The position numbers and the translations under genes are program-made. Positions 1-12,344 of a stretch of DNA of 64,000 nucleotides are shown here, piece by piece. The notes under the pieces are model-generated. The model was not told where the DNA came from and did no database searches. It was given only the letters and a program-made list of their open reading frames with translations. Position 1 is the stretch's first letter. Each line of letters opens with the position of its first letter. This DNA is from Euprymna scolopes (lineage: Eukaryota), in NCBI GenBank assembly GCA_053919585.1, contig CM132804.1. One strand, given 5' to 3'.

Positions 1-3000
1 GCCTACAAACCCCCGGATACTCACGCTAGTCTTAACTAAGTGTGCACTCCAGCATATGACTAGATCTGAAACTCTTTACTAGACGCATTTCCTAAAGCAT
101 ATGGTCTATATCTCCAAAGAATACAAGAGTATAAAAAAGATGCAGGACTTGTACACATTCATTTTGATGATAATTGATCAGTTTGATTACACATTTTTCA
201 AGCCTATGAAAAGCTTTGCTAGTTTTGGGATTCTTGGAAATATTTTAGAATCTAGAGATCATATCAAGAGAATGTTTTTTTTTCCTAGTAGAATAATACT
301 TTTAAAACAAATTGCATAATCAGTTTAAAAATCAGATATCAATTTTTAGAGTAAACTGGATGAATTCTGAAATGTTCAACGAATTTTGAAATATTTCAAA
401 TTTGATTTGCATTGTTACATATTTTTGTTACGACTAAAAAGTTTTTACACAACACAGGAAGTTCTTTTACTTTTATTAGTGTCTTGTATTAAAAAAGGAG
501 CAATAAATTAACATGTGGGAAATAACACGAGACAACAGTTAGAAATTCAAATATGAATATTTATTCAAATATAAGAAATATAAAAAAACAAAATCTGAAG
601 AGTGTTTAAAGATTATATTCAACCAATGAGCAAAGAACATATTGAAATGTACAATATCAGCTTATGAAAGAAAGTGAGGTTTCAACTTGCAGTATACTTG
701 TTGGTCATTCAGAAGGCAATCTGCATGAGAAATAAATAGTCCAGTCATGTTTACTTTGCTTACCAACATTCTCATACAGAGAGAACTTTGTATTTTGATT
801 AGTGTAAGGCAAAGGATGTTAATTTTGAATAACAAGGTTGTTGCTACACAATCTAATTACAAGTCCACATATCAGGTTTAATAACTACAGGCAGTTGGAA
901 ATGAGTTGGAGTATATGTTCACTCCAGTTTGTTGGATGAGAATGACAATCCTATTTTTATTAATGAGACAAGTTGACGGATTCTGAAATCGTTTTGATGA
1001 TTCAAATTCAACTTTTTTTTTTTCTTATTCACAATTGCAAGTTTGAATATTGAAATTGTTCATAACGGCATATTTAGCTGTAAGAGAAAAAGGGGCATTA
1101 TCACCTTGAAGATAATGGAATTTCATCTTCATAGATGTTGTCCAATGGACATGAAAAAATGTGTAAACCGTATCTAAGTTCTCACTTTTAGGAATTTATA
1201 TAGTTGTCAATCGTGCGACTGTATGATCTAACAGACAATTTTGGAGAAAAGGTTATGTACTTAGAACCAAGGTTGCTGAGTGCATAGATCTTAGTGATGA
1301 AATCTGCAACATTGTGAGATTGACAGATTGGAGTACAGGAAATAGCTTTGCTTTCCTGAAATCATCTATCAACTCTCTGCCAGAAACTGAAATAAGGAAA
1401 TAAAATAAATGTATTCTGATAAATTATGCTAGTAAAATCTTAAGTTCAAATAGTACGATGTGATAACATTCAATTTATGTAAATCTGGAAATTTTTGAAA
1501 AGTTGACAAGAAATTGATTAGCACGAGATACTCAAATTAATACGAATTTTAAAAATTCTATACAAGCATATCTAAAAGGTCATTTCCGTCTCAGCAAGTT
1601 TATGTTGATATTAATTTATTTTTTAACTTAGCCCCCTTTTATCTATTGTAAATTTGAATAAAATCTTAGTTTCAGTATTAATTTCCTGGTGTTATTCTTG
1701 TCTTTCTGGTCATGATCCAACTTTGTTATTTAATCCAGCTTTTTATCTTCAACAGTAACATTCCAGCAGCATTAGTAAAACTGCCGCTCTGAGCTGAACA
1801 CATACTAACTTTAGCTGAAAACCCACAGACTTGGGATAAAGTGTCCTACATTATTAGCTTCATGCTGGAAGCGTGCCAAGTCATTTTAGTATCTTTTTAA
1901 TGATAAAGTAAAATCTTAATTCTGTGTGTCCAATTAAGTCAGAAACTACACAAGATACAGGCCTTTCTTCCTCTGTGCCAAATGGAATTTCTATTTTTTT
2001 TTTTTTTTTTTTTTTTTAAGAACTTCTGTAAAATACGATCGCTTCATGAATTACATGATCCTCTTCAGATCTGTCAAACGTTACTCTGGCTTTTAGTCTT
2101 TATTTTAAAATTCAGAAATATGAAAATTCTACCTTAAAATTTAAATTGTTGAATTAGATAATTAGATGTTATTCCACCCTGGTAATGGTTAAATAGAATA
2201 TAATTAAATATTAATTTCATTGGGGTCAAATTAGTGTGTGGGTGTTGAGGCAAAATTGCTACATTTTTACTTTTATTTTCAAAAATACTACTGAAACTAG
2301 GTCAAATAGGTGTCTGTCAAATAGTTTTTTATTGAACTAGCTGCAAAGTAGAGGTAGGTTTTAAAAGATGTTATGAGTATATTTTCCTTTTTAATCTATT
2401 TTGTTATCCAATGCCAGGTAGGGAACTCCTATTTTATGAACAGAAGTGATTAAAGTAGATTTTTCTAAGATTTTCAAAACCTGTTAAATGATGGGAAGTT
2501 TTTCTGTATAAAATATATTGAATTTCTAGCAATGGAAAATAACTTGAAACTCTGATTAATTTTATTTATTTTATTTTTTGTAACAAATTTTGTTTTTTGT
2601 AACTTAGTGAACAGGTAAAGCTATTTATTCCTTGTAGTATAATGAAACTTGTGGTGTTCATTCCAAATGAGTTCACAGCATCAAGGTAGATCACCCACGT
2701 TTATTGGCAATTTGTCCTCGACATTCCTCAGCCATTCCTGGTTCAAGTGATGAATACCAAAACTCGGTTGCTACCAGCTCCATACCTGCTTTTATTGTTG
2801 CAATCTAAATCTCAAGTTGGTCATCTCTGCAATTTCAGATAGCAATTGCGCTTGATGCTACCAGCTTGCAGATGAATTACTCCTTATGTTATCAAGCAAT
2901 GTAGCCAAACAAATTCTTCTTAGGAAGTCTCTGATGCCAATGATGTACCTTGCATGGATGACGTGGTTTGGAATTTGTTAAATGAGGCAGATATGCAGCA

Positions 3001-4364
3001 TGCACTGTAGACACTACATGTTGAAGATTTTAAATGTTTAAAAGTCTTTACTAAAAAAAAAATACTAAAGACATCCATATCTAATTTGTTTACCATTTAT
3101 GCTAAAAGGTAAACAAAAATTAGAAATTTATTTCCAAAAGTTGTAAAGTCAACTGTTACTAAAAGCAAGAAAAATTACTTTTCTACTTAGCTTTTATTTT
3201 TTTGGGTGTAGTTTGCTTGAAGCATTGTATAGTATGTAGTTAAATAGAATTGTAGAAAGCTGTACAATGCAGAAGTAATGGCAAGACACATTTATAAGCT
3301 GTATTAATAAATTTCTCACCTGCTTCAGCTTGTGTCTTTCAGTTACTTCTGCATTGTACTGCCTTCTACAATTCTATTTAACTTTTATTTTTTGCTTTGA
3401 CTCTTGTAAACCTGCCAGATTTTCATTGTGGACCCTTGATGTAGATTTAACTAAAAAATCACAAAAAAATACAGCAAGTAACCGTCACCAATCGAATTTA
3501 CGTTTATTAAAATAAAATCATTTCTTAATAATTTTAACATTAGCTTTTAACTTTATTTTTTTACCAGATCAGATTCAGCTGTTCATTTAAATATACCTAG
3601 GCATTATACTTCATACAGTATTCCCAATCAATAAGCTATGTGTATTTTAATGTAAACTGATATTGCTCAACACTACTGTAGTGGAACAACAAAGAGTTCA
3701 GTGTTATGCATTTATGAGACTGTAAAAGTTATATTTAGTCTGTGGCTTTGTTTGCCAAGATACCTGTGGCATTGCAGCCGAAGCTAAATTTAGTTTACTT
3801 TCAGGTAGTCTACATAATATTGTTGTGACCAGCAGTGATTTGTTTGGAAACTCGAGTCTAACTGCTGACTGAGCTCTAGTTCTTGCTTATATAGCCAATG
3901 TTAGTAAGTTCCCGGCTCCCAGAACAGATCATTCTGGTTTGTGGAATGATCTTCAGACTAGCATGAAGATAAAACCTATTTTGAAACTAAATGATATCTA
4001 ACATATCTAATTTTAATGAAATTTAAACCGTATGTACAAAAAATGTTAAAATTTCAGTTTCTTCCGACTGTACAAGATTGATGTTGGAAGGGGCAGTAAA
4101 AAACAAAAAAAATGGTGTTATGAGCATAGTGAAAAAGGACAATGTTGGGTTTTCTAGCTAGTTTGTGATAAAAGTTGAATCTGATATTCAAATGACTTCA
4201 AAGATCAATGCACTGGCTTTGGTTGATCACTTTTAATTATTTTTCAGTGTTCACATTGGTCTTGTTAATCTCCAGAACAATGGCATTATTTACATCATAT
4301 AAATGAAAAACCTTTTAATTTAATGAAAAATTTGAATTTTAAAATGGAATACTCCTTTGCCTGA

Positions 4365-4526
<162 letters not shown>

Positions 4527-4858
4527 TAGTAAATTTTTTATTTTTTGTTTCCATACTTTTAAATTTTTCAAATTTTTTTTTTTCTAAACATATTCTAAGC
4601 AATTTGTGAATTTATTAATCCAGAAACATTATTTTTCTCTCTAGCTTCCTTTTTTTTTTTCTATTGTCTACTTTTACTTTCTCTGCCATATCAGATATTC
4701 CCGATAAAACATTTTAAATCATTTGTCATGAACGTTTAAAACCTTTTAACTACAATATAGGGTTTTTATGAAAAGGAATTTTTATTTTTAAGTTAACCAA
4801 AAAGTTGATGGTTTCTGAATGTACAACTAGAATGGTTACTTTGTTCTATTCTCATTAG

Positions 4859-5154
4859 NNNNNNNNNNNNNNNNNNNNNNNNNNNNNNNNNNNNNNNNNN
4901 NNNNNNNNNNNNNNNNNNNNNNNNNNNNNNNNNNNNNNNNNNNNNNNNNNNNNNNNNNNNNNNNNNNNNNNNNNNNNNNNNNNNNNNNNNNNNNNNNNNN
5001 NNNNNNNNNNNNNNNNNNNNNNNNNNNNNNNNNNNNNNNNNNNNNNNNNNNNNNNNNNNNNNNNNNNNNNNNNNNNNNNNNNNNNNNNNNNNNNNNNNNN
5101 NNNNNNNNNNNNNNNNNNNNNNNNNNNNNNNNNNNNNNNNNNNNNNNNNNNNNN
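4859..5154. other. Assembly gap (296 N)
   Basis: Run of N. Confidence 1.
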
Positions 5155-6868
5155 TTTTTTTGTGAATAGCAAAGTAGTCTGATAAAAATCATGAATAACC
5201 GAGCAAATCGGTTCTTTTTGCTTAGACTAATTTTAAATAAATCTAAAAATTCTAAAAGTTGATTATGTTAACAAGGAAAAGTTACTGTATACCAAACTTT
5301 TACATTATCAAAATGACCACTTGATTGTTGCTGATATTCTATTACCTTACCTATCTTGTGAGTGCTAATTGTTCTGTTGGGATGAACTGTTTTCAGCAGA
5401 CATAGAGGATGCAGCATAGTAGTGGTCGAATACCGCCAATTACTTGAAAAAAAAAAATATATATTGTAGACTGATTATTGCTTTTGGGTCAGAATTGGAA
5501 AATGTCTATTTTATCAACCTTCCAGGCCAGAATAATTTTTTAACTAGAGAAAACGTACAATAAAACTTTACTGAGTAGGATCAAATAAATTTGAGATGTA
5601 TTGCTTATTTAGGTCATAGAAAATCCAACCAAGTTAATTTAATAGATTATATATTAGATAAGATAGATATTAATCTAATTGGCAAATTACATAAAAGGCA
5701 AAAAGATGTATACTGCACCATATGTGAACAAGGGTTCAAATTAAGATTTGACACCACATCATGTATCTGGATTATTCAGACTATGGTTTTCATCTTGGAT
5801 AATATTCTCACAATGTTTAGGCTGATGTAATCTCTAACCTTGAGGTGTGTTTTGAACTCTGAATCTTTGAAATTTTAAACTGGACCTGTTAATCTCATTG
5901 GTAGATTGTTCTTGTTCCTTCAGCCATGACCAGGCTGATGCAGCAACTCCTTGCTGCTGCATCAAATAAAAAGCAAATGAAAACAAGAACATGGGTCAGT
6001 TGTGAGACGATGTAAACATGAGCTAATAACTTATCTGGACTTATTTCTAATGTTGCCTGAAGTAGACTGGAAGTTATGCTATGAAACTTTAAAAGAATCT
6101 GATCTATATTATGGACTTGATAAGAGTTCAGAAGAAAAATACTATCACAGGCCATCTTCCAGCTATTTGGGAAGCAAGATTCAGCAAGACATTTGCTGTA
6201 GAGTTTGAAAAAAATATTGGGGTTAGCTCATCTGAGCATTTCTAAATTAGTATAGCAGGGATGAGATCCTGCCACATGCCTTGGAGGTGTCTGTTTTTTT
6301 TTTTTTTTTTTTTTTTTATTATACCATGGACATGAGAAGGGGTAGTTTTCAGATCAACTGTAACTTCAGTTCGCAGAGGAAAATTTGAGAGTTGTTTGTT
6401 GGCTCAAAGGTGGAGTTGGAGAAAAATTTCTGAGCAAGCAGTTCTGCCTTCTCAGTTGCTGTGCATTTACTGATTCTTCTATTCACTACAGCATTATCAA
6501 TTTTCCAGAAATTGAGCTCCCCCGCCCCCTGTATTTCCTGGTTATTTTAGCATACCTACTTTTGACTAACTATTTCACTCTTACATTTTCTAGCATCTAT
6601 AAATTTTTGCTAATTTATACTTGACTAATGACGTATGAACCTGCGGAATGCATGTTGTCTTTGTGCAATGGCAGCTGCACAATTTGTAGTGAACCATTGG
6701 GAAAGTGGGGTTGCTATAATACTTCTGTTGGAGTGTCAAATTTGATCAAAAACATAACCTTCACCTTCACTGAAATAGAATTAAAGAAAAAAAAAACCTT
6801 GATAAAAATTTCATGCTTTTAAATCTTCAGAGAGTACTCAAGTAGTTTGAATTATTTCTTAATATTAA

Positions 6869-7063
<195 letters not shown>

Positions 7064-7229
7064 TAAGTTTAAAAAGATCAATTCTTTCTTTTGAATATCT
7101 ATTCAAGTCTGCTTTTTACATAAGTGGCAACAGGTTTCAGCCATTCTTAACATTTCTAATGGATATTTATATCTAATACTAGAAAAGTGATCTGTTTTTT
7201 GTCGCTGTAAACATGTAGATAGGTGAACA

Positions 7230-8480
7230 TCATGGCGGCCAGCACAGAAATGGTGCTGCATGACTGGACCGAAAGCGAAACCATACTAATTTGCATGCAT
7301 GTGCCATCGGAGGTTTGGGGGCCAGTGTTTGTTTGTCATACAGATTCACTCCTTCATTTCAGGATAGTGGGGAAGACCAGTGTGTGCACAAAGCCACCAG
7401 CGAAATGGTGCTCCAGCTGTGATTAGAAATGGTAGTTGCTGCTAGAAGAGTATGAACTGTCCATGGATGTTGCTCTGATCCCATCAAATCAGAATTAGCA
7501 GATCCTATGAACCGGTTACCACAAAGGTCAATCGAGAGAATTTAGTCACGCAACTGAGCCTGTACCTCTGACCTCTACTGTGAGGAATAATGAAATGATA
7601 AATAATCAGATTATGGAAATGCATAAGAGTAGTGGATATCCAGGCATCTGATGTCTGGCATATTTTGCCCGATTGGTTTGCCCAGCGATTACCGGAGCTG
7701 ATATGAGGTTGGCTTTTGGAGCATGTGAAGAATGTCAGATGATTGATCCATTTGGCGGTTGTTGTCGTGACAGGACCCCAGAAACATCATTCCACATCTT
7801 TAATCAATATTCTTGGAGTGAGAACCAATGCTTGCTGAGAATAACTCATTCACCAGTGGGAATTCAAATAGTTTTTTTCTAGTTGGGGAGTGTGCCTGCA
7901 GCTTTGGTGTGCCTACGTGCCAGCAGGCAACATTAGTTTAACTGCCATTACAGAATTAAGCGGATTGCAACTAGAAATAGGTGCTCTGTTTAGGAAGCAG
8001 TGTATTGGAACATCACACCCAGGAATGATACATTGACTGCACTTATCAAAAGAATCTACAGATATGAGGTTAGGAATATTGACCTCTGTGCATATGTCAC
8101 TGGTCTCCACACAAAACCAGTACACTTTGGGCAACCCAATATGGGTTAAGCCACCTTCTTATTGATACACGTCCAAATTCTATTAAGAACTGCCTGATCG
8201 ATGGAAAACACTAAATGGAGAAGTTTCAGAACCACCAGTGCGATGAAGCAGATGTTGGCGATTATTAGCACACCTTGCATGTAGTGGGATTAAGAGGAGT
8301 ATAGACAATGCTCAAAGTGGCAAACATTAGTTGATGCAGAAATTGCACTGCATATGTGACTTAACTGAAAGCAAGGTTCATACTTGTTTGCATGCATGTG
8401 TTGGAGGCATAAAAGACTGAATTATCTTGTGTGTGCAATATGTTTCAGATTCCTGCACATCCTTCGTTTCTGGAGGGGAG
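7230..8480 (+). mobile_element. Decayed, internally deleted Gypsy-type LTR retrotransposon
   Basis: LEEYELSMDVALIPSNQN (RNase H end) and MHKSSGYPG...CEECQMIDP (integrase HHCC) remnants; diverged direct repeats ~7255-7370 and ~8355-8480 share gaaagc..catact..tttgcatgcatgtg..ggagg..cagattc..ccttc; ends approximate. Confidence 0.55.
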
Positions 8481-11143
8481 AAGTAGATGACAAAACAAAT
8501 CTCATGGAATTCTGATTAGTGTTTGCATTAGGAAAAAGGTTTTTTTTATTGTGCTTTATGCTAAAATAATTTAAAAAGCTTTGCCTTCTCAGCACTACAC
8601 ATGCCTCCTACCTACTTTATTAAACTGTCATTCACACATGTATATACAATGGCAAGTGAAACTAAACATAAATATTAAACTTAAGTATTTTAAAATGCTT
8701 ATTTTAAACCAAACAAACAAAATGCTGTTTCATTAAACCTAAGTTTTTGTAATATAAAGTCTCTGCAGATGGGTAAGTCCCAAATGGAGCCATCTGTTTG
8801 CCATGGGTGGCAACCTGTAATATCTGGCGATGGTATTCTGAATGCTGTGATCCTGATTAATAAAGTGTCATGCAAACTAACACTCCATATTAGTCCTTAC
8901 TAAAAAATCTGAGAACCCAATCGGATTAATCACTAGTCACATCAAGCCATATCACCTATAGGTTTGTTTAGTCCAATTGCATTCCTGCATTTTCACTAGT
9001 GATAAACAGACCTCTGACCTTTTATCTTGTAGGTGTTAAATGGTGTTGACTAAGGGACAATTATATTAAGAATAAGAATGATCTCTATTGAAGTGTTAAA
9101 TATTGGGTACTGAAGACCTGGAGTTCACAAGGGCTTGAAATTTTACCAAACTTGAGCATCTCCAACAAAGACAAATGTTTCCTCTACTCCCTGTTGGTAA
9201 ATTCTTAACACCAGTTGAATTCCGTGGTGAATGGCTCAGAACTTATAAACAATGCTGATGGATCATTTAAATAAAAAAAAATTTGAATGGAAACTTTCTA
9301 AATCATTCTTCAAATACTGAAATGATAAACCTTTCAAGATTTGTTTTTATTAAATTTAGTAAACTTTGCAAGAAATAAAATGGGCATGCTTTAGTTAACA
9401 TGCAGAGAAAGGGCAGAAATTTACACAGAAGAGGACATTGGCCCAGCAGCACCAGTTGTTCAATTTTGGTTTGTGTTGCTGCATTTTTGGAAGTCTATTC
9501 CAAGATCTAGTGATTTCAATTTAGGAAACATCCTCAGGTTCAATTGAAATCTGTAGGAAAACTGTTTCTGGCAATGCCAGCACAGACCTTTTTGTCGTGC
9601 TGGAGTGGATGAAAAGCCCTGAGGGAGATCATAAATTAAAATGAGATTGCTGTAAATATCGTTGCTCAAGGGTGTTTAGCTTCTTGAGTTGGCTTTCATA
9701 GAGCAGATCTTAGTCCTTGCACCATTCAAGTAGTCAGTTGTTGAACTTTCTCTTGCTACTAGATACCACATTAAATACAGAGCAAAGCCCTGGATGCCAT
9801 ACTCTATATCTTATGCTGGATCAAGGAGGATAAACATATTGTGAATTACTATTTGTAAGAAGATTACATCTAAAAAAAAAAAATAACCTGGTTCTTAAAA
9901 TGGTAAAAAAAAAATAGAATGATACTAGAAAGTGTGAAGGAAGGAGGGGCTTCAGACTTCCCAGAAATAAACATTTAAATAAGACCTATCAACACCAGAC
10001 CCTAAATACACCTTGGAGTTAGGAGTTCTCGTTCCAGAGGTGAAATTTAAACTATAAGGCCAAGGAATAAAAAGTAAAAAAATAAAAAAATAAAAAAAAA
10101 TGGAATAATATCCACTAATATCTACAGTATAGATTTTAGTCTATTTAAAATACTAGAAAAGATGTGCCTTAGAAAGATGAGAATAAATCTATTCCTAACC
10201 TTCTGAAATGCTACCAAACATTTCGAGTAACATGATAAATGCTCAGGACAAACGGTATATCCAAAGTATCAATAAAAAATGCTGCATTTCACTTTTTTTT
10301 CACTTTACTTTTTTGGTCTGGGTTAGTGACTGGTACATTTATTATTTTTGTTATTCTTCTATTTATTTAACATCACTTTTCCTTGTCAGATCTGGTGCTA
10401 CCAGATCAGGCTGTCCTTTGGTTTCCTGAGACGAAATGCACCTACATTGACGGTTTTTGTTTTCTGATCTTTTTTGTAAAACTTAATTTTGTTGTGCAAA
10501 ACCAAAAACAAAACAGCCCCTCTCCCTCCCCTTTTTTATTTTATCCCCTCCCCCCCACTCCCAGACCCTGTCGGTGGAGTATCAGAATACACCGACTGGT
10601 CCCCTGCAGAGAGTAAAAGTCCCTCAATGGGGCCACCTGTTGGCCGTAGATGGCGACCCGTAATGCCTTAAAACGGGATCCTGGTGGCTGAGCACCTCAT
10701 GACCTCGGAATCAAATGGCTGTGAGTTAGCAACCCTCCACTTTGGCCCTTACTTCGGCTAGACGGGTGGTCAGGCAGGCTTGACCCCGATCAACCAGCTA
10801 GTCATGACAGTCCCTAATAATAGTAAACCCCCCAAAAAGAAATACAAACACATTAAACTTATATAAAAAAAACAAAAAAAACACACACACATACTGTTAT
10901 TAGAAGACGATGGTAAGGGCCAATCAGATGGTGAAAACTGATGCTATTGACAACTAACCCTTTCTATACCTTGCTGGGTTCGAGGAAATGAAAAAAAATC
11001 GTCATAAGCAGCTATACTGTTTGAGTATATCATCATTGTATTCCTGAGATGCTTAGGCGAATGGGTTTCCCCCAACCATCTCCCAATTTAAGGCTCCGAG
11101 GAGGGTGGGGAGCAAGGATGATGATGAAAAAAAAAAAAATTCT

Positions 11144-12285
11144 ATGGCTTCCAAAAAAATTAAGACCCTATCCAGAAAGTGAAGATGAAAACACAAACTT
11201 TCCGGAGTATATAATCTTGGAATCGTAAAATAACACAAATAACTAAAATGTCCCCATTCATAATCGAAAAAATTATCAACAAAAATCTGAACACAAAACA
11301 AATTAAAAAATTAAAAAAATGGAACTTTACTCATACAAGTATCTACTAAAAGTAGTGCCGAAGAAATTTTAACATGGACAAAGTTCCATGATATAAACAT
11401 CAAAACCTACCCTCACAAAACCCTTAACACCTCAAAGGGAGTGATCAGATGTCCAGAATTAAACAAACCTAAAAAAACAAAGTTATAGATACTAAAAGAA
11501 TTATAATAAAAAGAAACGAACAAACAATTAACACCAACACATACGTATTAACTTTCAATACTCCCACCCCACCAACTGAACTCAAGATTGGATATATTAA
11601 CATTAAGGTAGAAACATATATCCCCAGACCACTTCGCTGCCTAAACTGCCAAAAATTTGGCCACTTCAAAGAATACTGCACTAGGAAAACAACATGCCCA
11701 AAATGTAGCAGTAATGAACACCAGGAAACAGAATGCCAAGGAAATATAAAATGCCCAAACTGTGGTGAGAACCATCGAGCATACCAAAAACATAAGTTTT
11801 ACCGAAGCTAGAAAAATTATTGAAACAGCCACCACAACAAAATCAACTAGATCATATGCAGGTGCAACCAAAAATCAATTAAAAACAATAGAAAATATTG
11901 AACTAAAGGAAATCTCTGCCCTCATAAAATAACTTCAAGAACTAGTTGAGGCATTGAGTGCCACCTTACAGCAACTGCCGTCAACTCAAGCTGTACTTGA
12001 AAATAACTACCAAACAGTTGAAAGTAAAATCCCACCAGATCCCAAAAATCAAATACAATCTAACAAAAAACCCACACAAACTGAAAACATCCCAAAACCA
12101 AAAGAACAATCGCCTATTACCCTCCGCAAAGAAAAAAAATCAAATCTCACACCAACCAAACAGAAAATAAATGAAAAACCCCAAAAAGACACCTCAAAAA
12201 CCAGAACTACAGATCAGAACAAATTAAATCCTTGGAAATAATGAAAACAGATGAGAGCCTCCGAACCCCCATAATCAAATAGTAG
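11144..12285 (+). pseudogene. LINE ORF1 (gag-like nucleic-acid-binding protein), disrupted
   Basis: CLNCQKFGHFKEYC, CPKCSSNEHQETEC, CPNCGENH at ~11632-11785; stops and frameshifts; end approximate. Confidence 0.8.
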
Positions 12286-12344
12286 AAAACAACCACTTTT
12301 ATTTTTAATAAATTAAAAGGAAATCAAAAACATAAAACTAAACT

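Noticed and set aside
3419-3477. Possible upstream PFKFB exon (FSLWTLDVDLTKKSQKNTA), phase-compatible with exon a
   Set aside because: Weak donor (GTAACC), no recognisable homology; needs RNA evidence
4836-5192. ORF-track entries across the N gap and other 60-120 aa low-complexity ORFs
   Set aside because: Artefacts of Ns, poly-T/A runs or antisense frames of transposons; no domain motifs
10392-10442. HDV-like or type III hammerhead ribozyme at the LINE 5' end (ggtgc...ctgagacgaaatgcacc)
   Set aside because: No room for P3/P1 of an HDV fold; the hammerhead reading lacks N7 and helix II
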